Assembly: GCA_030390025.1 (NCBI GenBank)
Contig: CM059438.1
Location: forward strand, 78,244,001-78,308,000
Direction of reading: 5' to 3'
DNA length: 64,000 bases
From: Squalus acanthias
Taxonomy: Eukaryota
The position numbers and the translations under genes are program-made. Every line of letters starts with the position of its first letter. Position 1 is the stretch's first letter. Shown in pieces: positions 1 through 11,858 of this stretch. The notes below the pieces were generated by a model, which was given only the letters and a program-made list of their open reading frames with translations, made no database searches and was not told the origin of the DNA.

Positions 1-188
1 CTGAGTAATGGCTGATTTGAAGTGGGTTACCAGACTGACCCAATTGAATACATTGCCATAAACGGAAAGGGTACAGCTCAAGCAGTTTACAGTCACCTGG
101 GCTGTTGAGACCATTTTCAGACTTGTAATATGATAGAAGCTGGATGTTATTGTGCGTAATGCCAACAATTTGCTCTGTATCTGATAAT

Positions 189-931
189 ACCCAGAAATTC
201 CGTTCGCAGCCCTCCCACGGGCAGAGGGCTGTGATTTGGAAAAATCTCTGCCTGGACCGGAGGGCTCCCGGGAGGCGCAGAGTTCCATTGCTGTGCCTCT
301 TCAAACTGCCGGTGTGCAGGGCACGTGTATCCCAGGGGCGCAGGTAGTTCGCAGCGTCCCTGGGATCACGTGGGCCATGGGGAGCCAATCAGAGCAGGGA
401 ATCTCCATTCATAGATTTGACAGGAAGACCTGTCAAATCTATGAATAGAGATCAGCCCCAAAACATAAGTAAAACTTCAAATAATTTTTTTTAAAAATCA
501 CATTTTTAAAATGACTATAAATTACAAAAATTAACTATTTTAAACAAAAATTTTAATTTTTGAAAAAATAATTTTTTAACGGGGCTAAAAATAAACTTAC
601 CTTTCTTTAAAGTATTTTAAAATGATAAATCAGTGGAAATTTTTTTTTTTACTTTCTTCATCTCTTAGCCTGGTAAAAGCAGGCGCCTGCTTTTACAGGC
701 GCAAGAATTGTAAGTGTTTCCTGCGGGCGGAGGGTCTCCAAAAAACGGAACTCTCCCCCCACAGAGGCCCTGCTCCAGCGCAGCCGGAGGATCTGTCAAG
801 AGCTTTCTTGACAGATCGGAAATGCCGGTTTCCAGCGCATGCACAGTGCTTGCCTAAAACCGGCATTTCCGTTGGCCCTACGGATGGGTGCACAGCCCGT
901 ACACACCCGCAGGGACCGGAATATCTGCCTC
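189..931 (+). mobile_element. Non-autonomous TIR DNA transposon (MITE family A, PIF/Harbinger-like), copy 1
   Basis: Collinear with 2446-3181 over its full length. Decayed TIRs (cccagaaattccg...cggaatatctg), GC-rich hairpin ends, AT-rich core. Confidence 0.75.
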
Positions 932-980
932 AACATTTCAATCAAACTTTCTGTGAGTTCCTGGGGCCAGTAATGGTCAC

Positions 981-999
981 AGTGACATCTAGTGGTAGG
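981..999 (-). promoter_or_regulatory. Candidate CTCF motif
   Basis: Minus strand reads cctaCCACTAGATGTCACT, close to the CCASYAGRKGGCRS core. Confidence 0.3.
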
Positions 1000-1082
1000 A
1001 ATGACAATGGGGGAAACCTTGATATAAGTGCGACAGGAATAGAAAGTGAGAGAGAGACATGGTTTAGTTTCCAGTATAAAAA

Positions 1083-1463
1083 AAGAAAGACTTGCATTTG
1101 TATAGTGCCGTTCACAACCTCAGGATGTCCCAAAGCGCTTTACAACCAATGAAGTACTTTTGAAGTGTAGTCACGGTTGTAAGGTAGAGAAACGTGGCAG
1201 CCAACTTGTTCACAGCAAGCTCCCATAAACAGCAATGAGATAATGACCAGTTAATCTGATTTAGCGATGTTAGTTGAAGCATAAATATTGGCCAGGACAC
1301 TGGGGAGAACTACCCTGCTCTTCTTCGAAATAGTGCCGTGGGATCTTTTACACCCACCTGAGAGGGCAAACGGAGCCCCAGTTTAACATTTCATCCGAGA
1401 GCCAGCACCTCTGACAGTGCAGCACTCCCTCAGTACTGCACTGGAGTGTCAGCCTGGATTTTT
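1083..1463 (-). mobile_element. DeuSINE (SacSINE1-like), lacking the 5' head
   Basis: Matches the copies at 14185-14892 and 53243-53678. Has the L2-like tail and central domain ...gacagtgcagcactccctcagtactgcactggagtgtcagcct. Confidence 0.8.
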
Positions 1464-1886
1464 ACCCTGAGATTGCATTTCTGCATTAAAGTTCACTGCT
1501 TTAATTTTGGGAAGCTTTGGCCCACATTCAATTGCTGCTGCAGTGATGTACAGGCTGTACTGTTAGCACAATTTAAACACTACGTGGATTGTCTGGCTGA
1601 GTCAGGACAGATGCTATTTCCGAAGTGTGCACTATTGCAACGTAGTTTATACATTTCAATTTTAGTTTTTAAATAAATTCTTTCTGAAGTTTAAAAAACG
1701 TTACCGACAATCGATGATATTATTGTGTCACCAGTCGAGTCATCATGGATTTATCTGCCTACATACCTGCTAATGTGTCTTGCAATTCATATTCCAGTAC
1801 GACACTAAATTTAGTGGTAGCAATTTACCATTATTTATAGTATATCCTCTATTTAAGAGTATAATGTCTACTTCCGACTTTCCCTA

Positions 1887-1902
1887 CCATTAGGTGGCAG
1901 AC
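1887..1902 (+). promoter_or_regulatory. Candidate CTCF motif
   Basis: CCATTAGGTGGCAGAC resembles the CTCF core. Confidence 0.3.
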
Positions 1903-1976
1903 ACAGTGCATAAAAGAGACACGGTGAGAGGTCAATGATGTGGCATCTGAGAGTACGTCATATCACACTCCAGTAC

Positions 1977-2397
1977 TTTTTTATTCATTCTCGGGATGTG
2001 GGCGTCACTGGCAAGGCCGGCATTTATTGCCCATCCCTAATTGCCCTTGAGAAGATGGTGGTGGGCCACCTTATACAACTGAATGGCTTGCTAGGCCATT
2101 TCAGAGGGCAGTTAAGAGTCAACCACATTGCTGTGGGTCTGGAGTCACATATAGGCCAGACCAGGTAAGGACGGCAGATTTCCTTCCCTAAAGGACATTA
2201 GTGAACCAGTTGGGTTTTTACAACAATCCTGTAGTTTCATGGTTCACCATTACTGATACTAGCTTTTTATTCCAGATTTTATTTCATTAACTGAATTTAA
2301 ATTCCACAGCTGTCATGGTGGAGATTTGAACTCATATCTCCAGATCATTAGTCTGGATTACTAGTCCAATAACATAACCACTATGCTACCGTACCCC
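1977..2397 (-). mobile_element. tRNA-derived SINE sharing its 3' tail with the LINE at 28120-28921
   Basis: Minus strand starts ggggtacggtagcatagtggtta (A box) then gagttcaaatc (B box). It ends gggcaataaatgccggccttgccagtgacgcccacatccc...aataaaaaa. Confidence 0.75.
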
Positions 2398-2445
2398 TGA
2401 ACTGCCACAACCACTCAACTTCCTCCTCTAAATAAAAATAATAAT

Positions 2446-3181
2446 GGCCCGTATTTTCCGATCGCAGGCCTCCCGCGGGCGGAGGCCTGCGATCTGGAAA
2501 AATCTGCGCCCTTACCTGAGGGCTCCCAGGACGCACACGCTTCCGCTCCTGGGCCTCACCAAACTCGAAGTGCGCAGGGCCCACGTATCCCAGGGGCGCA
2601 TGTAGTTCGCAGCGTCCCTGGGATCACGTGGGCCATGGGGAGCCAAACACAGAAGGCAATCTCCCTTCATACACTTGACAGGAAGACCTGTCAAATATAT
2701 GAATGGAGATCAATGAAAAAACTTAGTAAAACTTTAAATAAATTAAAAAAAAAATCACATTTTTAAAATGACTTGAAATTACAATAATTTTTATTTTAAA
2801 CAAAAATTTAATTTTTTGAAAAAAATAATTAAAGTTTTTTACGGGGCTAAAAATAAACATACCTTTTTTAAAAGTATTTTTAAATGATAAATCAGTGAAA
2901 AAATTTTTTTTTTCAACTCTTATCCTGGTAAAAGCAGGCCTTTACCAGGCGTAAGAATTGTAAGGGTTTTCTGCGGGCGGAGGGTCTCCAAAAAGCTGAA
3001 CTATCCGCCCGCAGAGGCCCTTCTCCAGGGCAGGCGGAGGATCTGTCAAGACCATTCTTGACAGATCGGAAATGCCGGTTTTCAGTGCATGCATTGTGCA
3101 TGCCTGAAACCGGCATTTCCGATGTCCCTACGGGTGGGTACACAGTGCGTACCCACCCGGAGGGATCGGAATATCTGGGCC
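2446..3181 (+). mobile_element. MITE family A, copy 2 (best preserved)
   Basis: Imperfect 18-bp TIR ggcccgtattttccgatc / gatcggaatatctgggcc, flanked by aat...aat (3-bp TSD). Several internal hairpins. Confidence 0.85.
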
Positions 3182-3580
3182 AATGTTTGTATCTGTATAA
3201 TGCCTTATCACATCGAAACATCTCAAACTGCTTCACACAATGACTCACTGTTGAAGTGCAGTGATTGTTGTTATGTATGACTTGTTCTGTTGCTAGCAAG
3301 CCATTATGAAATACACCATACACTCTCCTGTAAATCTATTCTGGAATTATTATGCTTGTGTCGGGTATGCATTTATCCACTGTAATCATTGCAGGGGAAA
3401 GGAAGATCTAATTTCAGATGTGTTCCTACTGGGTTGTATTATGCACTGAAGAGATCTGATTGTTGTTGTCATGTAGCCGATACATTTAAATGCAATATTA
3501 TGCTTAGACATTATTGACATTTTTTGATAATGGTGATCATCTGGAGGGAGACAGTTTAAAAAAAAAAGTAAATAGAGTTT

Positions 3581-3690
3581 CATAAGAACATAAGAACATA
3601 AGAAATAGGAGCAGGAGTAGGCCAATCGGCCCTTCGAGCCTGCTCCGCCATTCAATAAGATCATGGCTGATCTGATCCTCACCTCAAATC
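3581..3690 (-). mobile_element. CR1-type LINE 3' tail
   Basis: (cataagaa)n terminal repeat followed by ggagcaggagtaggcc...tcgagcctgctccgccattcaataagatcatggctgatc; same tail as 61325-61415. Confidence 0.85.
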
Positions 3691-4364
3691 TAAAGAACAC
3701 AAGAAAGAAAAATAAACACAAGTCCGATCCAAATAGTGAATTCCAATATACCAAATGTCTTTCCATTCATGCCCATTATGTAGCATTCCTGATCAAGCCA
3801 TAGCAGTCCAAAAACATCTCGCTGATCCAAGCATAACATTGTGCCCATATCATTTGTGCTTTTATTGCAAATTGCTGAATTGTGTCAATCTGTTGGCTAA
3901 TTTCATTTTAAAGACATCAGCTCATGTTAGATGTCTAAGCTTTTGAACATTTAATCCTCAAGGCATTTATTGCAGCATATTTTGAGCCTTATATTCATTC
4001 AAAACATCCTATTCACTAGGGACAGGCTCAGGATCTTATTACTATTGTGCCACGGCCACATCTTGTTAGCTTCAGAAGCTATTTAGTGGCATGTAAACCA
4101 CACACTTGATTCTTGCAGCACACTACTATTGAGGTGCAGCAATGTCACCTGCATTACTTAGTCACAGGAAATAGTAGTAATAAAGCATTCAAGATTTCTC
4201 AGTACTGCTGATCTCACCTCCTCAAAGGCAGTGTGCCAGTGTTGCTACCCACTACAGTGCAGCCTGTACTTAGTCATATCTGTGAAGCAAATTACCTATG
4301 ATTAAAGCCAAAGTACAATTTCCTCCATAAAATGGACACCTGTGTGATCGGTACTTCATGCACA

Positions 4365-4567
4365 AGCTTCTTCACACAAAGGGTAGTGGAAATCTGGAAC
4401 TCCCTCCCCCAAAAAGCTGTTGAGGCTAGTTCATTTAAGGGTATTAAAGGTTACGTTACCAAGGCGAGTAGATGGAGTTAAGATACAGATCAGCCATGAT
4501 CTAATTGAATGGCGGAACAGGCTCGAGGGGCTGAATGGCCTACTCCTGTTGCTATATTCCTATGTAT
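4365..4567 (+). mobile_element. CR1 LINE 3' fragment
   Basis: FFTQRVVEIWNSLP coding end followed by the CR1 3' UTR. Confidence 0.8.
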
Positions 4568-4953
4568 GTACCTGCGTGTTGCACCTGTCTGAAACAGTTA
4601 ACACTGCAGAAAGATAGTGAATAAAATTGTGCCAGACTTTTATTGCATATTGCTTTTTAAAATGGCTATCTTAGAATAACAATTTTGATTGGTTACTAGT
4701 ACTTAGCCTTTCCTTTAACCGCCTATTTCGTTTGCTGAACGTAATTTGATGTGCCCTTGATGGCCCCACTTCTTTTACCTTCGCTAGGTCATTGCATTTC
4801 ATTTGTTTACAGACTTTTGACAACCCTCCACTTGATTTGTTAACACAGATTGACTGTACCCTCAGTCCAGCCCATTCGATTTATTCAGTTTTATTTTAGA
4901 CACATCCAGGATGTGGGGACCTTATGGCATATGTGTGCTGCTCTTAATTTGGT

Positions 4954-5157
4954 CATGATGCGGAGATGCCGGTGTTGGACTGGGGTGGACAAAAGTGAGA
5001 AGTCGCACAACACCAGGTTATAGTCCAACAGTTTTATTTGAAATCACAAGCTTTCGGAGCTGCTGCCCCTTCATGACGAAGGGGCAGCAGCTCCGAAAGC
5101 TTGTGATTTCAAATAAAAATGTTGGACTATAACTTGGTGTTGTGCGACTTCTCACTT
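4954..5157 (-). mobile_element. PLE family 2, small fold-back insertion
   Basis: Palindrome 4993-5072/5078-5157 plus an unpaired tail 4955-4992. Direct repeat cttaatttggt at 4943-4953 and 5155-5165. Sequence matches the PLE tails at 45259-45380 and 56512-56575. Confidence 0.8.
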
Positions 5158-5289
5158 AATTTGGTGGATGTGTAGGTGGAATGCACAGCACTTCATAAAA
5201 TGCTTCCAGTAATGTAAAAGAAAAATGTTATAACTAAGAGGTCCAAGACAGAGTCACCCATTGGAGAATACAGACACGTGCTGAACTGC

Positions 5290-5960
5290 CGGAACTGCAG
5301 TGTGAGATTAGCAACTGCAAAATTACTGAACTGTTTAAAGGCAGGAGGACACAAATCCAACTGATTATCTTGAAGTTTGAGGAGGTGTGATCCTTGTTTG
5401 AAGAAAATTGGGTAAACAACCTTAAAAGAAAACTACACCATACAAATAACGATGTAAATTAATTGCTGGGGATATCGTTCTAATTGGTCAGCTCCAAGTA
5501 CAATCTGCTGTCTGGAACAATAATGCGCAAAAAGACTCTTGCATTCACTTCGCAAGTAGGAAACACAGATTCCTTCATTTCCAATGTTTGGCTGGATTCT
5601 TTTAAGAAACATTTGAATCTTGTGTTTAGCATGGATGGAGAAGGTGCAGATTTAGCAGAGAATGTTTGGAGTGAATAGAGGAAGAAATTGCTATGGATAC
5701 TTGTTAATTATGACACAGGTGATGTCTTTAGTATGCATGAAATCGGTCTGTTCTTTTATGCACTCCCAGACAAAAGGATGGTTTTCAAAGGGTAACATTG
5801 CAAAGGCAGAAAAATAAAATAAGGCATACGTAATGGTTTCATTTCTGAAAGGGAGAAGACAATAGCTGTTGCCTTTGAAAAATTCAAGAATCCTCACTGC
5901 TCCGAAAGCTTTGACATAAAAAGGAGACATAGTGATCCAAGGAATTCGATCTCAAAACGA
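5290..5960 (+). pseudogene. Degenerate pogo/Tigger (TIGD-like) transposase
   Basis: LSGTIMRKKTLAF..GNTDSFISNVWLDSFKK resembles the CENP-B-type HTH. Downstream DVFSMHEIGLFFYALPDKRMVFKG resembles the IFNADETGLFYRALPDKT DDE start. Contains stops and frameshifts. Confidence 0.75.
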
Positions 5961-6059
5961 TTGGATAGAACTAACAATCAAACACTTTTTGAAATTCCAT
6001 ATGTGTGACATCTGCTGCATTCTCTTTATCAATGTAATAGTTCACTTTTTAATAAAACT

Positions 6060-6385
6060 CTATTAGATTTGTCAAACAAAGCTGTGCTGGCTATCCTTTA
6101 TTAAACAATGCATTACTAAATGCTTACGACTTTTATCCTGAGTTATGGATGCTCAGAATTTTCACACAACCGATGTAGACTAATTGTTCTATAGTTACTC
6201 GATTTATCCTTCTCTCCTTTCTTGAACAAGGGTGCTAAGTCAGCTATTTTCCAACCCCACAGCAACATCTGCATATATCAGGAAGATTCAAAAATTGTGC
6301 CCAGAGCTTCTACTATCTCAACAGCCTAGGGTGCAAACCATCAGGGCCCAATGACTTCTTCGCCTTGAGTTCTGCTGATTTTTTT
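6060..6385 (-). mobile_element. Old CR1 RT fragment
   Basis: Minus strand gives GPDGLHPRL and PLFKKGEKDK..NYR motifs, degenerate. Confidence 0.6.
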
Positions 6386-6451
6386 TCACAACCAATACAG
6401 TTGGCTCCAGCAATACTTTACATTAATTACCACAATACCAGTGGCCAACTG

Positions 6452-6948
6452 TGAACATAAGAACATAAGAAATAGGAGCAGGAATAGGCCACTTGGCCCC
6501 TCGAGCCGGCTCCACCATTCAATAAGATCATGGCTGATCTTGGGCTCAAAGCCACTTCCCTGCCCGCTCCCCATAACCCTTCACTCCCTTATCTTGCAAA
6601 AATCTGTCTATCTCCACCTTAAATGTATTTAATGACCCAGCCTCCACAGCTCTCTGGGGCAGAGAATTCCATCGATTTACGACCCTCTGAGAGAAGAAAT
6701 TCCCCCTCGTCTCAGTTCTAAAAGGGCGACCCTTTATTCTGAAACTATGCCCCCGAGTTCTAGATTTCCCCACGAGGGGAAACATCCTCTCTGCATCTAC
6801 CTTGTCGAGCCCCCTCAGTATCTTATATGTTTCAATAAGATCACCTCTCATTCTTCTAAATTCCAATGAGTATAGGCCCAACCTTTCTTCATAAGTCAAC
6901 CCCCTCATCTCAGGAATCAACCGAGTGAATCGTCTCTGAACTGCCTCC
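6452..6948 (-). mobile_element. CR1 LINE 3' end
   Basis: ORF 6546-6920 reads LGLYSLEFRRMRGDLIETYKIL...FFSQRVVNRWNSLP; tail repeat present. Confidence 0.92.
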
Positions 6949-7989
6949 AGTGAAGAGGAGGAATTGCACCAAAAGGACTAATCCTACTATCTGTGTGCAC
7001 TTTCTTTCTAAAATTCATATCGCTAATGTGTACAAATGTACCGTGGGCAACAATAATGTTGCTGTATGCAGATGCAAATAAAGGAGCCAAAGAGGAAGAG
7101 AAAACACTGCTGTGCCTGAGCAACTTGCAGAGGAGCATCTGCACAGTCCTGTGGCCAATGGATAACCTGGCTTTTGCAACCCTTCAGGTAAACAAAAGAA
7201 TACTATAGTACTACAGACAATCCCTGGTCAGAAAGCTGCACAAGCTGTTAATGGGCTGAACAACCTTAAACTTTGCATCACACATTTCATTTGCTCAATG
7301 GTTAATTGGGCAGTTAATTTGGAATTAAATAGCTGTAAAATTGGAGGTGCTGATGTTTTAGTTATATTATTCTAGTCCTAAAACCTGTAGATGTTATTAC
7401 AGCTGCACTGACCCTTCTCCCTGAGTGCACTGCCAGCTTTTGTATGAAATCATGCACAGATTATTTGGTTGGCCTTTCGTCCCCTAGTAATGAACTTGGG
7501 CCTGCATTTTATGGAATTAGGCTGCTTCTGTACGGTCTGGTTTACACTTGTCTAAACAACATGGTCAGTTAAAGTTATATTAACAAATGTGTTCATCATT
7601 TGGGCTCACAATTATTCATACGTTTTGGTCTCTGATTTCTTAATAATTAACTAATTAACCTATGAATTATTCTCACCAGACAGCAGTTATGGGATGCAGT
7701 TCAATTATTGCTATAAAGTGGGAATTATCTTTCATTTTGCTAATTGGTGTTTGGACATACAAACATGTTAAACTATTGTTCTCTAATATTGTAAACAGTA
7801 AATTCCAGGCTTGCTTTTTCACTAATTATCACTGAAACCATTTTTAGCTCCATTAACAAGGGCTGGGGCTGTCTGTTACCTCCTGCCACATCAACTCACA
7901 CACTATGAGAATGTAGGTGTTGTAATACTTAGGAGTCATCCTGTTAGAGCAAGACCTAAAAATTAAAAATCCCCAGTACATTAAGATGT

Positions 7990-8156
7990 AACAAAACAGA
8001 AACTGCTGGAAATGCACACGGCCACATTAGCATCTGAAAGAGAAAGGCCAGTTTTTATTGGCTGTCTTACTTCTGGAAAGAGTTACAGCAGAACTGCTGA
8101 CCTATCTTTCTCTTTCAGATGCTGACAGACCTGCTGTCACTTTCCTGAGTTTTGTA
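7990..8156. mobile_element. Old inverted pair of PLE 3' tails
   Basis: agcatctgaaagagaaagg mirrored by ctttctctttcagatgct; resembles the family-1 tail; heavily decayed. Confidence 0.5.
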
Positions 8157-8376
8157 CGGAAATTGCAACCATCATCAAAAATTAACATCTGTATTCAGAA
8201 ACATTCTTCGGGGGAAAGAGAGGACTGCCACTCGAGAGAAATACCCTCTCCATGCAGTCAAACATACTTGGTTACAGTACCTGAAAATGTGCAACAATTG
8301 AACGTAAGGAACATAAGGCGGACAACATGGTTAATTCTTAAATTAATTCGTTTGCTATTTATATATATATATATTT

Positions 8377-8556
8377 TTAAATTCACTCATGGGACGTGGG
8401 CATCGCTGGCAATGCCAGCATTTATTGCCCATCCCTAATTGCCCTCGAGAAGGTGATGGTGAGCCGCCTTCTTAAACCGCTGTAGTCCGTGTGGTGAAGG
8501 TACTCCCACAGTGCTGTTAGGTAGGGAGTTCCAGGATGTTGACCCAGCGACAATGA
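8377..8556 (-). mobile_element. 3' end of the LINE family at 28120
   Basis: Reverse complement of about 28740-28915; flanked by (TA)n tracts. Confidence 0.8.
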
Positions 8557-9171
8557 TATATTTAGTCCATTGATATATATATATATATACACTTTATTTT
8601 CAAATAATCTGTAATGTATTAATACAATCACCACCACTTATACCATCCACACTTATCATGGGCAGCCGCCCATATCAGGCAAATAGCGCTAACCACTTGC
8701 CAATACCATAGGAGTTGAGTACAAAGGCACTGCTTATAATGTATTCAGCGTGTCAACTATTTCATGCAGTTCAATAAATTCTTTGCACCTCTTCTTGGGA
8801 GAAACCAAATTATGATGATTCGCCCAATATGTTGATCCCCGGTACTTACCGATTTAAAAGCTCTGCTGATTTCGGGCAATCGGCTGTTCGCACTGTTGAC
8901 AATTAAGGGAGGCAGTTGGAGAGTGGAGACTTCGGGTGTTCTGCGTCAAGCTTGATTTTTTTAAAAAAATCTGCATGTGAAATGTTTCCACTGCGTGCGT
9001 GCAGAAAAAATATCCTGATGGCCAGATGTCGTTTTCGGTGCAGATGTGCTGTTGGTTACCTTCGACCACGACACGCTGGTTCGTTGCTACAACCTTTTAT
9101 GGTTTGACCATCCAGTGCATATAGCAGGAAAATGGCGTAGCACAAACACGCCCATTATGCTGATAGGGTTA

Positions 9172-9278
9172 GATGAAGAGGGGTGAACGGAGGCTCATGT
9201 GGAGCATAAAGACCAGCAGGGACCAGTTGGGCGGAATGGCCTGTTCCTGAGCTGTAAATTCTATGTCATTCTATGTAA
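9172..9278 (+). mobile_element. CR1-like 3' tail
   Basis: gaccagttgggcggaatggcctgtt... followed by an (attctatgt)n-like end. Confidence 0.6.
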
Positions 9279-10629
9279 TATAGGCAGTATTGACTGCACT
9301 TATTTGTATAAGAGTCTATGCACAGTTTTCCATGTAACCACAACCATTTATGTTCTTGCGTTTTATTTAAATTGACATTTTTAATAATGAAGACGCTTAT
9401 AGCGTGGCTCTACTTGAGACATGGCTTGAGACAGTGGCTTACTGAAAAATAAACCACCTCCTGACCTGGTTACTACATAACTAACACCCTTCAGCTCAAG
9501 GTCGTGCAGGCTGATGTCACTCAGTGGTTTATTTAAGCAGCAGTGCCAGGAATCCTCACATTTATGAGGAATTAAATGGCTGCTGTACATTGAATAAACA
9601 CCAAAGGCCACAGACCCTTACATATTTATTATTGTGCTAGACCCATTGATTGTCAATTAGACCCTGGAGGGATTCGTAAGGTCATCACCATTATGCTGCA
9701 TGTTTGAGAATTGTGATTAAACAAGATAACACACATTGTTTATTTTAGATTTTTTTTTAAGGAATTAATCTACCGTACTGCAGCTCCATTTTGCATGTAA
9801 TGATGTCCTGCAATCATGTGCTGATTACTGTGCGGTTCCCTCGTATTGTTTTGTTGCTGGTAGAATCTATGTAAAACAACTGCTCGTACCCTGGTGATAC
9901 TACATCTTTCACCTGATGTAGACATTCTGCAGTGACTGGTTTACAATGACAGCATGCATTACAGATCTCAGTAAATCACCACTTGTCACCATTTATCCCC
10001 TACATGTCCAGTCTCACAAGCTTTATTCAACCATTTCACCAACATAAATTTGTTTAAGTTTCAACCAAGATGCCCCAGGGACAGAATCAGATCTGGCTTT
10101 GTGCTGCTCTTATTGTTGATGTGATCGGTGCAATTGTACTCCTGGGTGGCATTCTGAGTCTGAAACCAAACCCCTATCTGTCAGGTAGAAAACAACCATC
10201 AACTCTAAAGTTGGTGCGAGACCAGCTTATTTATGTCTCTCGATATTTAGCCCTTTCTCCCCTAAATTTGATTCTGTTGCTGACTTGGCTGTCCCTTGCA
10301 GCTGTTGCACATGAAGTGTTTGACTCAAATTATGATCACAGAGTAACGAACACGAGGACAAAATTGGAAAGCCTAATGTTCTGTCAATTAAGTTCCCCCC
10401 CCCCCCCCCCAAGACAAACAGAATAAATCTTTGTTTAGGAAAGCAATTGAAGGTATTAGGGATAAGTATAGACACAAATGATTAAAAAATAAGGCCCCAG
10501 CACTATTGAGACCACGGGAATGTTAGTCACAAGTGGATGAATGGAGTAGATTGCAATGTTATATTGGTATTCAATTATGTGTATAGTTAAGTTGTTGCAC
10601 AGTTTGTTAACATTCACAGGTCTTTGACA

Positions 10630-11398
10630 TCTGTCTGAGACTGAACCAGACTGTTCGCAACCTTGCTGTCATATTTGACCCTGAAATGAGCTTCCGACCA
10701 CATATCCGCAGCATAACAAAGACCGCCTACTTCCACCTCCGTAACATCGCCCATCTCTGCCCTTGCCTCAGCTCATCCTCTGCTGAAACCCTCATCCATG
10801 TCTTTGTTACCTCTAGACTTGACTATTCCAATGCGCTCCTGGCTGGCCTCACACATTCCACCCTACGTAAACTTGAGGTCATCCAAAACTCGGCTGCCCG
10901 TGTCCTAACTCGCACCAAGTCCCGTTCGCCCATCACCCCTGTGCTCACTGACCTACATTGGTTCCCGGTTAAGCAGCGCCTCGATTTCAAAATTCTCATC
11001 CTTGTTTTCAAATCCATCCATGGCCTCGCCCCTCCCTATCTCTGTAATCTCCTTCAGCCCCACAACCCCCTGAGATATCTGTGCTCCTCTAATTCTGCCC
11101 TCTTGAGCATCCCTGATTATAATCGCTCAACCTTTGGTGGCCGTGCCTTCTGTTGCCTGGGCCCTAAGCTCTGGAATCCCCTTCCTAAACCTCTCCGCCT
11201 CGCCACTTCTCTATCCTCCTTTAAGACGCTCCTTAAAACCTACCTCTTTGACCAAGCTTTTGGTCACCTGCCCTAATTTATCCTTATGTGGCTCGGTGTC
11301 AAATTTTTTGTGTTCTAATACTCCTGTATAGCGCCTTGGGACGTTTTACTACGTTAAAGGCGTGATATAAATACAAGTTGTTGTTGTTGTTGTTGTTG
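10630..11398 (+). mobile_element. L2-clade LINE 3' fragment
   Basis: 196-aa ORF with FVTSRLDYSNALL..IQNSAARVL..ITPVLTDLHW; ends in a (TTG)n tail. Confidence 0.92.
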
Positions 11399-11621
11399 TG
11401 ATAGGCTAAGACATACAGCTGGATTTTTATATAGTTAAATGCAAGGTTATGCGTCGACAATCGAACCAGGAACAAGAAAAGTGCATACACAGTAGGGGTG
11501 GTTCTGCAATCCCAGTCGACAGTGGCGTTTGCAGAGACCACATCTCATGAAATCACAGGCACCAACCCATGATTTGCGACTCTTTAATTTTAATAGATGG
11601 GGAATCATGGCTGTATGACCG

Positions 11622-11858
11622 TCACTTCCCAAGGCACCATTGCTTCCAAGTTCCCCTCTCAGTCACACATTATCCTTACTTGGACATATATCTCCATTCC
11701 TTCATCGTTGCTGGGTCAGAATCTCAGAATTCCCTATCTAACATCATTGTAGGAGCCACAAAGACTGCAGCAGTTCAAGAAAAAGCCACCACCACCATCT
11801 AATGGGCAATAAATGTGGCCTTGACAGCAATGCTCACATTCCGTGAACAAAAATAAAT
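11622..11858 (+). mobile_element. Older 3' fragment of the 28120 LINE family
   Basis: ccttcatcgttgctgggtca...gggcaataaatgtggcc matches 28670-28920. Confidence 0.65.

Noticed and set aside
622-1152. 176-aa ORF, and similar ORFs at 2913-3323 and 41777-42119
   Set aside because: Chance frames through GC-rich MITE ends with no recognisable domain.
4993-5157. DNA-transposon MITE or terminator hairpin
   Set aside because: The sequence matches PLE 3' ends elsewhere in the window and has an asymmetric tail.
11377-11398. (TTG)n, (AAG)n, (CATAAGAA)n and poly-C tracts as independent features
   Set aside because: LINE terminal microsatellites or ordinary homopolymers.
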